Both the position numbers and the translations under genes were made by a program. Positions 1 through 9,583 of a stretch of DNA of 64,000 nt are shown in pieces (the first letter of the stretch is position 1; each line of letters opens with the position of its first letter). Source of the DNA: an uncultured Nitrosomonadales bacterium (GTDB lineage Bacteria > Pseudomonadota > Gammaproteobacteria > Burkholderiales > Gallionellaceae); contig CAIOSY010000055.1 in the NCBI GenBank assembly GCA_903861075.1, positions 8,877 to 72,876 of the forward strand, written 5' to 3'. The notes under the pieces are model-generated. The model did no database searches and had not been told where the DNA came from. It worked only from the letters and a program-made list of their open reading frames with translations.

Positions 1-555
1 ATTGATGAATTAGCCAAAATTAAAAATAAAATACGCGGTGCAGTGGCAAGTTCTGAAGCCTCTGCTAAACGTTTGCAAGGCCATGGTATTGAGGTAATGT
101 CGTTAAATGATGCCGGTGCGCTTGAAGTGTATGTCGATGGTGCGGATGAGATTACCCGTCATATGCATATGTTAAAAGGCGGCGGAGGTGCGTTGACGCG
201 CGAGAAAATTGTTGCCGGTGCCAGTCGTAAATTTATCTGTTTATGTGATGCCAGTAAGTTGGTGGATGTGCTGGGCAAGTTTCCTTTACCTATCGAAGTG
301 ATTCCGATGGCACGTAGCTCAGTTGCGCGGCAATTGGTTGCGCTGGGTGGTCAGCCTGTGTTGCGTGAAGGCTTTACGACCGATAATGGTAATATCATTC
401 TCGACGTGCATGGTATGAAAATCATCAATCCTGTTGAGCTTGAGTCGGCTTTGGATCATATTGCAGGTGTTGTCACCAACGGCCTGTTTGCACGACGTGC
501 TGCGGATGTGTTGTTGTTGGGTATGAGCGATGGTGTTAGGACGATGACTGCCTAA
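1..555 (+). CDS. rpiA: ribose-5-phosphate isomerase A (5' end outside window)
   Basis: Frame is open from base 1 ([18 protein letters not shown]...). RpiA motifs [19 protein letters not shown] and GVVTNGLF. Confidence 0.97.
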   Translation: MDELAKIKNKIRGAVASSEASAKRLQGHGIEVMSLNDAGALEVYVDGADEITRHMHMLKGGGGALTREKIVAGASRKFICLCDASKLVDVLGKFPLPIEVIPMARSSVARQLVALGGQPVLREGFTTDNGNIILDVHGMKIINPVELESALDHIAGVVTNGLFARRAADVLLLGMSDGVRTMTA

Positions 556-596
556 GTGATTTTTTTGAGAATTTTTGTCCGGCTAGGGTGCCTGTG

Positions 597-630
597 TTGT
601 CATAAATTCTTCACAATTATCACATAACCT
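597..630 (+). promoter_or_regulatory. Pho box (PhoB site) with -10 element
   Basis: TTGTCATAAATTCTTCAC (597-614) matches 14/18 of CTGTCATA(A/T)A(T/A)CTGTCA(C/T). A 10-nt spacer then TAACCT (625-630) gives the canonical Pho-promoter geometry, directly upstream of phoU-ppx. Confidence 0.7.
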
Positions 631-658
631 GTAAAGTTAACCGTACACGGAGAATTAT

Positions 659-1366
659 ATGAGCAATAGTGGACATACTTCTAAGCAATTTGATGTTGAA
701 TTAGAAACGATACGTGCCTACGTATTACAGATGGGCGGGTTAGTTGAAAGTCAAATCAATAGTTCAGTGATTTCTCTGGTGGATGGAGATGTTGCGTTGA
801 TGAATCGAGTGATTGATGATGATCATCGCGTCAATGCCATGGAGGTCAAGATTGATGAGGCTTGCAGCCAGGTGATCGCACGACGTCAACCCACTGCAAG
901 TGATTTGCGACTGGTGATGATGGTGATTAAGACGATTACGGATCTTGAACGTATCGGGGATGAGGCGGAGAAAATCGCTCGTATGGCAAAATTGCTATCC
1001 CAAAAGCACGGCTTAGCCATTCCACGCTATCACGAGGTTAAGCATGCAGCGGATTTGGCGGTGGCGATGTTGCGTAAAGCACTGGATGCCTTTGCCTGTT
1101 TGGATGTTGTTATGGCAGCTGAAGTAGTTCGTCAGGACGATCAGGTGGATGAGGAATTTCGTTCTATCATGCGCTATTTGATTACCTTTATGATGGAAGA
1201 TCCCCGCACAATAACCACTTCGCTTGAAATATTGTTTGTCGCAAAAGCGATTGAGCGTATCGGTGATCATGCTAAAAATATTGCTGAATATGTTATCTAT
1301 ATGGTCAAAGGGCGAGATGTGCGCCATGTTTCCATAGAAGAAATCGATCGCGAAGTCTTACCTTAG
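659..1366 (+). CDS. phoU: phosphate signalling complex protein PhoU
   Basis: Two PhoU repeats with DLERIGD and AIERIGDHAKNIAE motifs; GGAG SD upstream. Confidence 0.97.
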   Translation: MSNSGHTSKQFDVELETIRAYVLQMGGLVESQINSSVISLVDGDVALMNRVIDDDHRVNAMEVKIDEACSQVIARRQPTASDLRLVMMVIKTITDLERIGDEAEKIARMAKLLSQKHGLAIPRYHEVKHAADLAVAMLRKALDAFACLDVVMAAEVVRQDDQVDEEFRSIMRYLITFMMEDPRTITTSLEILFVAKAIERIGDHAKNIAEYVIYMVKGRDVRHVSIEEIDREVLP

Positions 1367-2853
1367 TGCCCGTTATGAAATCACACTCTATCCTGGCGGC
1401 AGTAGATTTAGGCTCAAATAGCTTCAGGCTTCAGGTGGCCAAAATAGAGGGGGAACAGTTGTATATGCTGGATGGGTTGCGAGAGCCTGTGCGATTGGCG
1501 GCGGGCTTGACGGAGGATAACTATCTGGATGAGGCATCGCAACAACGGGGATTGGCCGCTTTGGCGAGATTTGCCGAACGATTGCGAGACTTTCCTCTTT
1601 CTGCCGTGAGAGTGGTGGGCACCAACTCTCTGCGTGTGGCAGAGAATGCCCCTCAGTTCATAGAAAAAGCAGAGCGGGTCTTGGGTTTTCCTATCGATGT
1701 GATTGCAGGGCGTGAAGAAGCCCGCTTGATTTACATGGGTGTTGCACACGGATTGCCCTTGTCGGATGACCGGCTGTTAGTCATGGATATTGGTGGTGGA
1801 TCTACGGAATTTATCATTGGTCACGGTTTGACACCACTCAAACTGGAAAGCCTGTATATGGGCTGTGTCAGTTTTAGCAGTCGTTTTTTTCCGGATGGAA
1901 AAATTACTAAGCATAATCTGTTGCAGGCTGAGTTGGCGGCGCGCTGTGAGTTACAGAATATCGTGGCTGATTATAAAGGACATTGGAATAGAGCGATTGG
2001 GTCATCCGGGACGGCCAAGGCAATCGCCGAAATTTTGGAATTGAATGGTTACAGTCGCAGTGGTATTACACGCGAAGGTTTAGAGTTGCTGCGTACAACG
2101 TTGCTCAAAACCGGGGATGTGCAAAAGTTAACTTTGTTGGGTTTGCGCCCCGATCGCCTGCCCGCTTTGGCGGGTGGTTTTGCGATTATGTATGCCGCCT
2201 TTGATGAGCTAGCTATTTCTCATATGCAAGTCGGACTCAGCGCCTTACGTGAAGGTGTGTTATATGATTTGTGGGGACGCTTTCACAATGATGATATGCG
2301 CGATGTGACGGTGCAGCATTTTATGTGTCGTTATCACGTTGATACCAAACAGGCTGAGCGGGTGACCAGACTTGCTGTTCAGTTGGCGAGCCAGTTTTTC
2401 GGGCGTGAGCAGCCTGAGTCCGCGCTGCAAATATTGGCTTGGGTCGCTCATTTGCATGGCGTTGGTATTCGCGTTGCTCATAGTGGTTATCACAAACACA
2501 CGGCCTATATTCTTGCCAATGCAGATATGCCCGGTTTTTCAAAAAAAGAACAGGCAAGACTGAGTTTACTGGCACTCGCGCATCGAGGGGGCTTGAAAAA
2601 ACTGCAGGGGTTGTTGACGGAAGCCGAAGACTTTGTTTTGGTCATGAGTTTACGGCTTGCAGCCTTGTTCTATCGAAATCGCAGTGATGTCGCCCTACCT
2701 GAAATTGAGGTTAGTCTGGTGGGGGTGAAATATTGTTTGGCAATCAGTGAGGACTGGTTAAAGCAAAACCCCCTGACGGAAGCGGCTTTGCAGGAAGAAG
2801 TAAAACAGTGGAAAACCCTGAGGGTTGTTATGCAGCTTGTCAATTCTGACTGA
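1366..2853 (+). CDS. ppx: exopolyphosphatase (Ppx/GppA family)
   Basis: AAVDLGSNSFRL, GREEARLIY, DIGGGSTE and ALREG motifs. GTG start overlaps the phoU stop; alternative ATG at 1375. Confidence 0.95.
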   Translation: MPVMKSHSILAAVDLGSNSFRLQVAKIEGEQLYMLDGLREPVRLAAGLTEDNYLDEASQQRGLAALARFAERLRDFPLSAVRVVGTNSLRVAENAPQFIEKAERVLGFPIDVIAGREEARLIYMGVAHGLPLSDDRLLVMDIGGGSTEFIIGHGLTPLKLESLYMGCVSFSSRFFPDGKITKHNLLQAELAARCELQNIVADYKGHWNRAIGSSGTAKAIAEILELNGYSRSGITREGLELLRTTLLKTGDVQKLTLLGLRPDRLPALAGGFAIMYAAFDELAISHMQVGLSALREGVLYDLWGRFHNDDMRDVTVQHFMCRYHVDTKQAERVTRLAVQLASQFFGREQPESALQILAWVAHLHGVGIRVAHSGYHKHTAYILANADMPGFSKKEQARLSLLALAHRGGLKKLQGLLTEAEDFVLVMSLRLAALFYRNRSDVALPEIEVSLVGVKYCLAISEDWLKQNPLTEAALQEEVKQWKTLRVVMQLVNSD

Positions 2854-2875
2854 TTAGTCGCGCTTGTTCTGGGTG

Positions 2876-3694
2876 TTATTGCATCGCTGCAGATTTTTTA
2901 CCGTTCCTTTTGTCTGTCCATAGGTACGCGTCCATAGATAAACTGCCATAGGTAAAGTCGGGTTGATAACGTACAGGAGCGTCATTTGATGCGGCTCCTA
3001 AGGCAATAAAAAGGGGTAAAAAATGTTCTTCGCTGGGGTGTGCTGCTGCGCCATAAGGCGCGTCGCGATAATTGAACAGTGCGGTTACATCGTGCGCTAG
3101 AATTTGCTTTGCCACCCATACGCTAAAATCTCTCGCCTGCGTTGTCGGAACAGTGTCGCGTGGGTTGTGCCGGTTTAACCATGTAAAATTATGCGTAACT
3201 GATCCTGATGCGATGATCAGCACGCCTGCGTCTCTCAAGGATGTCAGGGCGCGTCCTATTTTAAAATGCATTTCAGGCCCTTGATTTACCACTAAAGAAA
3301 GCTGCGTCACAGGTATCTGTGCTTTAGGATACATGGCGGATAAGGGTACCCATACGCCGTGATCCAGGCCTCTCTGGGGATGTAGCTCGGCATTTATGTC
3401 CGTAGCACATAGTAATGTGGCCACTGTTTTTGCCAGCTCCGGCGCGCCAGGCGCTGAATAATGCAGGTGATAAAGTGTGCGATGGAAGCCGGAAAAATCA
3501 TGAATTGTTTCAGGTGTCTTTGACAAGCTGACTGTCGCTCTTGTTTCTTCCCAATGTGCAGAAATAGCCAGAATCGAGATGGGCATGGGAATAAGCTGGC
3601 CGAGTTTGCGCCAGTATTCCACCGTGTCAGGAGCATTGAGCAACACATCTGGTGCGCCGTGTGATACGAAAACAACGGGCATGCGGACAGACAT
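2876..3694 (-). CDS. DODA-type extradiol ring-cleavage dioxygenase (LigB/YgiD family)
   Basis: VFVSHGAP, ISAHW, RGLDHGVWVPL and HPSEEHFLPL motifs. ATG at 3694 preferred over the TTG at 3706. Confidence 0.9.
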   Translation of the reverse strand: MSVRMPVVFVSHGAPDVLLNAPDTVEYWRKLGQLIPMPISILAISAHWEETRATVSLSKTPETIHDFSGFHRTLYHLHYSAPGAPELAKTVATLLCATDINAELHPQRGLDHGVWVPLSAMYPKAQIPVTQLSLVVNQGPEMHFKIGRALTSLRDAGVLIIASGSVTHNFTWLNRHNPRDTVPTTQARDFSVWVAKQILAHDVTALFNYRDAPYGAAAHPSEEHFLPLFIALGAASNDAPVRYQPDFTYGSLSMDAYLWTDKRNGKKSAAMQ

Positions 3695-3829
3695 ACAATG
3701 TTCCAATCTTAGTGTGCGATGAGTGCATCGTACATAACTCAGCGAAAAATAAAAAGCGTTCAGTGTTGAGGTCGGGCTTGCTAAAAAGCGGGCAAAATAT
3801 ATGAAATTATGAAATTCACCTCACTTCGG

Positions 3830-3845
3830 TGTTAAACTTCGCCCC
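3830..3845 (+). promoter_or_regulatory. extended -10 promoter of rnpB with GC-rich discriminator
   Basis: TG-n-TAAACT (3830-3838), then TCGCCCC, then G3846, the first base of helix P1. Confidence 0.7.
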
Positions 3846-4320
3846 GAAGCTGGCTAGGCAGTCGCCGCGCACGTCAGTGCGGGGAGGAAAGTCCGGGCTC
3901 CATAGAACAGAATGCCGGTTAATGGCCGGACGCCGTGAGGTGATGGAAAGTGCCACAGAAAACGGAGCGCAGCGGAGTTTCTGCGCAGGCTGACTTTAGT
4001 CATGTCTGCCAGCCGCTTGACGTATTCCCTTTTTAGCGTTGAGGGTATGAATCTATGCCGGAGCTAAAATGATACCGCCGATGATCTGATTTTTTAGTTT
4101 ACTGCTAAATCAGGCACAGGTAAGGGCGAAATGGCGAGGTAAGAGCTCACCGCGCGCCCGGTAACGGGCGTGGCAGGGTAAACCCCATTCGGAGCAAGAT
4201 CAAATAGGCTGACTATGACGTGGTTCGCGTCGTCAGCGGGTAGATTGCTTGAGCGTCAGGTAACGAAACGCCTAGAGGAATGACTGTCCACGACAGAACC
4301 CGGCTTATCGGTCAGCTTCA
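3846..4320 (+). ncRNA. rnpB: RNase P RNA (bacterial type A), with a ~108-nt insertion
   Basis: P1 GAAGCTGGCT/GGTCAGCTTC. Conserved motifs GAGGAAAGTCCGGGCTC, AGTGCCACAGAAAA, GGTAAACCCC, GAGCAAG..CAAATAGG, AGAGGAATGACT and ACAGAACCCGGCTTA. Confidence 0.98.
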
Positions 4321-4590
4321 CTTTCATTTTTGCGCGGGTCTTTTTTGCCTGTCAGTTTATTTGCATCTCACTTGGGTCGTATTCCTCCTGTGTTTTTCAT
4401 GGGTGTGTATGTGCCGTCTCCTATCTTAACCGACGCGAATCATTGGATTCTTCCTTTAAGATTTGTCTCCCTCTCATTACAAATAACTTTAGTATGTTTA
4501 TGCAATGCATTGCTTTATAAGCATATTTGCTTTTTTGTGAGCATTCGTTGCTAACTCCTTGTCTTTTATAGAAAAAGTTCATTTATTTGC

Positions 4591-4619
4591 TTGACCCGCC
4601 GCTTTTTTTTTAATATAGT
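4591..4619 (+). promoter_or_regulatory. sigma70 promoter of the dcw cluster
   Basis: TTGACC (4591-4596), 17-nt spacer, TATAGT (4614-4619). Confidence 0.8.
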
Positions 4620-4627
4620 GCTGTTAA

Positions 4628-4652
4628 GTGGTGAAAAGTGGGTATTTGTGGG
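4628..4652 (+). promoter_or_regulatory. MraZ-binding direct repeats
   Basis: GTGGT, GTGGG and GTGGG at 4628, 4638 and 4648 (exact 10-bp period), between the promoter and the mraZ ATG. Confidence 0.85.
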
Positions 4653-4660
4653 GTGTGAAG

Positions 4661-5107
4661 ATGTTTCAAGGTGCAGCACAATTAAATTTAGACGGCAAAG
4701 GCAGGCTCGCAATACCCGCTAGGTATCGTGACAGACTGCTCAATAGTTGTGCCGGAAATTTGGTGCTGACGGCAGACGCGGATGGGTGTCTGTTGGTTTA
4801 TCCTGAACCTGACTGGTTACCTATTCGTGACAAATTGCTCAAACTCTCTTCTTTAAATCCCAAAATTCGTGCCTTGCAACGTCGTTTGATTGGTTATGCC
4901 GAAGATGTTTTGATGGATAGTGCCGGACGCGTCTTGGTGTCGCCTGTCTTGCGCACTTATGCGGCGCTCGACAAAACAGTCATGCTGGTTGGGCAGGGTA
5001 ATAAGTTCGAATTGTGGGATGAATCAAAGTGGCAGGCGCAGCAGGAAAGTGATTTGTCGTTCTCTGAAGGTGAATTACCGCTTGAGCTGGAAGGGTTTTC
5101 TTTGTGA
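4661..5107 (+). CDS. mraZ: division/cell wall cluster transcriptional repressor MraZ
   Basis: [14 protein letters not shown] and DSAGRVLV motifs. ATG at 4661; the GTG at 4628 lies within the MraZ boxes. Confidence 0.97.
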   Translation: MFQGAAQLNLDGKGRLAIPARYRDRLLNSCAGNLVLTADADGCLLVYPEPDWLPIRDKLLKLSSLNPKIRALQRRLIGYAEDVLMDSAGRVLVSPVLRTYAALDKTVMLVGQGNKFELWDESKWQAQQESDLSFSEGELPLELEGFSL

Positions 5108-6039
5108 ATGAGTCTTTGAGTCATACCACTGTCTTGTTGTCTGAGGCAGTTGATGCATTGTCGATTAAACCCGCGGGTATTTATGTTGATTGTACTTTTG
5201 GTCGGGGTGGGCATAGCGCAAGAATTTTAGAGCAACTGGGTGCAGAAGGTCGTTTGATTGTTCTTGATAAGGATATGACAGCCGTTGAACACGGTCGTTT
5301 ATGGGATGACGGCCGATTTAAAATTGTACATAGTGGTTTTACGTGTCTTACGGATGTGTTGGGTGCGTTAGGTGTCACGAAAGTCGATGGTATTTTGCTT
5401 GATTTGGGTGTTTCATCCCCTCAGTTGGATGAGGCCGCGCGCGGTTTTAGTTTTAGATTTGATGCGCCATTAGATATGCGTATGGATACCAGTCGCGGAT
5501 GTACGGCAGCTGAATGGTTGGCAGTCGTGGATGAGCGCTTGTTAATGGAGGTTATCCGGGATTACGGCGAAGAGCGGTTTGCCAAGCAGATTGCCCGGGC
5601 GATTGTTGAGGCGCGTCAGAGCCAGGTTATCCAAACGACAGGGCAGCTTGTCGAGTTGCTTGGCAAGACGGTTCGTACGCGTGAGCCAGGAAAAAATCCG
5701 GCCACTCGTACCTTTCAGGCAATACGAATTTATCTCAATCAGGAGCTGGAGGAGTTGGAAAGTGTGTTGCCTCAATGTGTGACACACCTGAAAGCAGGCG
5801 GGCGATTGGTGGTGATCAGCTTCCATTCTCTGGAAGATCGGATTGTTAAGCATTTTATTCGTCAGATGAATGATGCGGACACGTTGCCGCGTAATGTTCC
5901 TATTCGTGCCAGTGAAGTGCCGCAAGGAAAATTGAAAATGGTAGGTCGTGCGATAAAGGCCGGATGTGATGAGTTACAAATCAATCCGCGTGCGCGTAGC
6001 GCAATGATGCGTGTAGCTGAGCGTAGTGATGTGGCGTAA
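5104..6039 (+). CDS. rsmH: 16S rRNA m4C1402 methyltransferase
   Basis: [29 protein letters not shown] and ISFHSLEDR motifs. Confidence 0.97.
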   Translation: MNESLSHTTVLLSEAVDALSIKPAGIYVDCTFGRGGHSARILEQLGAEGRLIVLDKDMTAVEHGRLWDDGRFKIVHSGFTCLTDVLGALGVTKVDGILLDLGVSSPQLDEAARGFSFRFDAPLDMRMDTSRGCTAAEWLAVVDERLLMEVIRDYGEERFAKQIARAIVEARQSQVIQTTGQLVELLGKTVRTREPGKNPATRTFQAIRIYLNQELEELESVLPQCVTHLKAGGRLVVISFHSLEDRIVKHFIRQMNDADTLPRNVPIRASEVPQGKLKMVGRAIKAGCDELQINPRARSAMMRVAERSDVA

Positions 6040-6325
6040 TAGCTATTTTCAAGCGTTTTTGTTGCTATTGCTGGTTATGTGCGCATTGAGCGTTGTGACA
6101 TCTCAACATCAGGCGCGGAAATTATTTATAGAGTTACAGCAAGAAAAAGAACACGCCCGTCAAATGGAAGTCGAATGGGGTCAGTTGCGATTGGAGCAAA
6201 GTACCTTGGCTGCAGCGGCGAGGGTGGAAAAAATTGCAGTCATGCAATTGCAAATGCGTATGCCCAAACAAGAACAGCTCAAATTTATACGAGTTAAGTC
6301 AGTTGAATTAATTAAGCAGCCATGA
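6026..6325 (+). CDS. ftsL: cell division protein FtsL
   Basis: Single TM segment plus leucine-zipper coil ([11 protein letters not shown]); located between rsmH and ftsI. Confidence 0.93.
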   Translation: MMWRNSYFQAFLLLLLVMCALSVVTSQHQARKLFIELQQEKEHARQMEVEWGQLRLEQSTLAAAARVEKIAVMQLQMRMPKQEQLKFIRVKSVELIKQP

Positions 6326-8075
6326 AATATAGGAATAGAACAAAGGACACGATTGCGGCGAAGTTGCCAAGATGGCGTGCGGCTGTACTATTTTTTGTCT
6401 TGTTAGCTTGTCTGGCGGGGCTTATAGGTCGTGCTGTTTACTTGCAAGGAATCCATGATGACTTCTTGCAGGAAAAGGTAATCAGCGATATAGCAGAGTT
6501 ATTGAAGTGAGTGCGCATCGGGGCATGATCGTCGATCGTAACGGCGAGCCATTGGCGGTGAGTACGCCCGTCGAGTCTGTATGGGCCAGTGCTTCGGGTA
6601 TTAAACTCGGCGATGCCAACGAAGCTAAAATTGATCAAAAGCAGCTTAAACAGTTAGCGCATGCTTTGGATATGTCTGTCGGGGATGTGCAGGCGAAACT
6701 GGTTGATAGTGCGCGAGATTTTGTTTATTTAAAACGACAAGTTCCCCCTGAGCAGTCAGGTGCGGTTGCCAAGTTGAATTTGCCGGGAATATCTATGCAA
6801 CGCGAGTATCGACGATATTATCCGGCAGGTGAAGAGTTCGCGCAGATGTTGGGTTTTACCGGACAAGATGATAACGGGCAGGAAGGCCTGGAGTTGGTTC
6901 TGCAAGACAAGTTGGCTGGCAAACTTGGAAGTCAGCGCGTTATTAAGGATAGGCGAGGCAGAATCGTTGAAGATGCGGGAAGTTTAAATCCGCCTAAGCC
7001 GGGCGGCGATATTGTGCTCAGTTTGGATAGTAAAGTGCAACATTTGGCTTATCGTGAATTGAAACATGCTGTTTTGCAAAATCAGGCTAAGGCGGGTGCT
7101 GTCGTTGTGCTGGATGCAAAGAGCGGGGAGGTATTGGCTTTAGCTAACTATCCTAGTTATAACCCGAATAACCGGCTTCATGTGAGTACGCAAGCGATGA
7201 GAAATCGTGCTGTTACCGATATATTTGAACCCGGTTCGACGATGAAGCCATTTACCATCGCAACGGCACTCAATATAGGGAAGCTACGTCCGGAATCCGT
7301 TATCAATACCGAAAATGGGGTGTACACCGTGGGTAATAAAAAAATCCATGATACCCATGCCTCCCCGTCGTTAACGGTATCGGAGGTGATACAAAAATCA
7401 AGTAATGTGGGTGCGGCTAAAATTGCCTTATCACTGGAGTCAGAGGTGCTGTGGAAGACATTTTCTACTTCGGGTTTTGGTTCTCATACAGGGAGTAATT
7501 TTCCGGGTGAAGCAGCAGGTATTCTCAGGGATGCTAAAAGCTGGAGGCCGATCGAGCAGGCAACAATGTCGTACGGGCACGGCATCTCCGTCAATCTGTT
7601 GCAACTGGCGCGCGCCTATACCATTTTTGCCGGCGAAGGTGAAATAAAACCCATCTCCTTGCTTAAGCTGGATGTTCCGCCTGCGGGTGAGGCTGTGTTT
7701 TCCAGTAAGACAGCAGCACAAATGCGCACGATGCTGGAATCGGTTGTCATGCCGGGTGGAACGGCTCCTCTGGCCCGCGTGGCGGGATATCGAGTGGCGG
7801 GAAAAACAGGCACCGCTCATAAGCTTGATGGGCGTCACTATTCCAATCGTTACGTCGCCTCTTTTGTTGGTATGGCGCCCATGTCTTCTCCGCGTCTGAT
7901 TGTTGCGGTGATGATAGATGAGCCAACGAGTGGTCAATATTACGGTGGTATCGTGGCCGCACCCGTTTTTAGTCAGGTAATGAGCAGTGCATTGCATTTG
8001 CTCAAAGTGCCGAATGATGCGGCACTGGATAATGTGATTGCCGCACCTGCAGAAACTTACAGGGAGGAAATATGA
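6322..8075 (+). CDS. ftsI: PBP3 / FtsI transpeptidase, interrupted by a 1-nt deletion at 6473-6478
   Basis: ORF 6322-6510 carries the TM anchor. ORF 6507-8075 carries the dimerisation and transpeptidase domains (EPGSTMK, KSSN, GKTGT). Adding one base gives the continuous ...FLQEKGNQRYSRVIEVSAHRGMI... Confidence 0.9.
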
Positions 8076-9583
8076 CTATTTCCTTGCAAGAAGCACAGAT
8101 TCAACTGGGTGAGATCCATCATCTGGAAACGGATAGTCGCAAAATAAAACCCGGTGATACTTTTGTTGCCTATTCCGGAGATAAAAGTGACGGTAGGCAA
8201 TTTATCGATCAGGCGATCGATAAGGGTGCGAATTCCGTTATTTGGGACAAGCAGAATTTTGTATGGGATCGTCGTTGGGATATAGCCAACTGGGGCTTGT
8301 CAGATTTGAAAAATAAAGCAGGGCTGCTGGCTGACGCTGTATACGGATCACCCTCCGATCATTTATGGATGGTGGGGGTCACCGGCACCAATGGAAAAAC
8401 CTCGAGTTGCCATTGGATCGCTCAGGCATTGAATGAAGCGAATAAAAAATGTGCGCTCATCGGCACGCTAGGCAATGGATTTGTCGGCGAACTTTGTTCG
8501 AGTGTCAATACAACACCGGGGGCGATTGAATTGCACGGGTTGTTGGCGGATTACCTTGAAGCGGGTGCGTGTGCCGTGACGATGGAGGTCTCCTCGCATG
8601 CCTTAGCGCAAGGGAGAGTTAAAGGGGTGCGTTTTGATGTGGCGCTATTTACCAATTTGACGCGTGATCATCTTGACTATCACGGTGATATGGAAAGTTA
8701 TGCGGCCTCTAAGCGGTGTTTGTTCGATTGGGAATCGCTTAAATATGCAGTGATCAATTTGGATGATCCCTTTGGTGTTCAATTGGCCATGCAGTTAAGA
8801 AACAGCCCGGTGGAGGTGATAGCGTATGGCTTAACGACGGAAGCATTGCATTGGGCTGAGCGGCAAGGGATGCGGATGGTTTATGCGCAGTCCGTTGAGA
8901 TGCAAGCGCAGGGCTTGGTGTTGGATATCCATTCCAGTTGGGGCGCGGCAAAATTAACCAGTGCTTTGGTGGGCAGGTTTAATGCTTCAAACTTGTTAGG
9001 AGTGCTTGCGGTACTGATGCTTGGCCATCTTAATTTGCAAGAAGCTGTGACAGCGCTGAGCCATGTGATGCCTGTTGCGGGACGAATGCAGAAACTGGGT
9101 GGCAATAGGCTGCCGACCGTCATCATCGATTATGCGCATACCCCCGATGCCTTGGAAAAGGTATTGTTGACCTTGCGGGAAGCCTGTGTTGCACCTGAGG
9201 GGGAAGAATCAAAGCTCATTAGTGTTTTCGGATGTGGCGGGGAAAGAGATAGTGGTAAGCGCTCGATGATGGGATGTGTGGCAGAAAAGTTCTCAGATTA
9301 TTGCATCGTGACTAGTGATAATCCGCGTAGCGAAGATCCACAACAAATTATTGCTCAGGTGATTTCAGGCATGAGCGCAAAAACGCACCAGGTTATTGTT
9401 GATAGGGCTGATGCGATCGACACGGCCATTCGTCATGCGCGTTGTAAAGATGTGATTTTAGTCGCAGGTAAGGGGCATGAGGATAGCCAAGAAATCAATG
9501 GCGTAAAGTATCCGTTTAGCGATGTCAATGTTGCCATGCAGGCCCTAAAAATCTGGTCAAAAGAGACTGGAGGCGTTTTATGA
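8072..9583 (+). CDS. murE: UDP-MurNAc-dipeptide--meso-DAP ligase
   Basis: GVTGTNGKTS, MEVSSH, TNLTRDHLDYH and DNPR (DAP-specific) motifs. Confidence 0.97.
   Translation: MTISLQEAQIQLGEIHHLETDSRKIKPGDTFVAYSGDKSDGRQFIDQAIDKGANSVIWDKQNFVWDRRWDIANWGLSDLKNKAGLLADAVYGSPSDHLWMVGVTGTNGKTSSCHWIAQALNEANKKCALIGTLGNGFVGELCSSVNTTPGAIELHGLLADYLEAGACAVTMEVSSHALAQGRVKGVRFDVALFTNLTRDHLDYHGDMESYAASKRCLFDWESLKYAVINLDDPFGVQLAMQLRNSPVEVIAYGLTTEALHWAERQGMRMVYAQSVEMQAQGLVLDIHSSWGAAKLTSALVGRFNASNLLGVLAVLMLGHLNLQEAVTALSHVMPVAGRMQKLGGNRLPTVIIDYAHTPDALEKVLLTLREACVAPEGEESKLISVFGCGGERDSGKRSMMGCVAEKFSDYCIVTSDNPRSEDPQQIIAQVISGMSAKTHQVIVDRADAIDTAIRHARCKDVILVAGKGHEDSQEINGVKYPFSDVNVAMQALKIWSKETGGVL

Noticed and set aside
4330-4554. 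74-aa ORF between rnpB and mraZ
   Set aside because: TTG start, low-complexity AT-rich sequence, located in the dcw upstream region.
6322-6510. 62-aa ORF as an independent small membrane protein
   Set aside because: It is the N-terminus of FtsI separated by the 1-nt frameshift.
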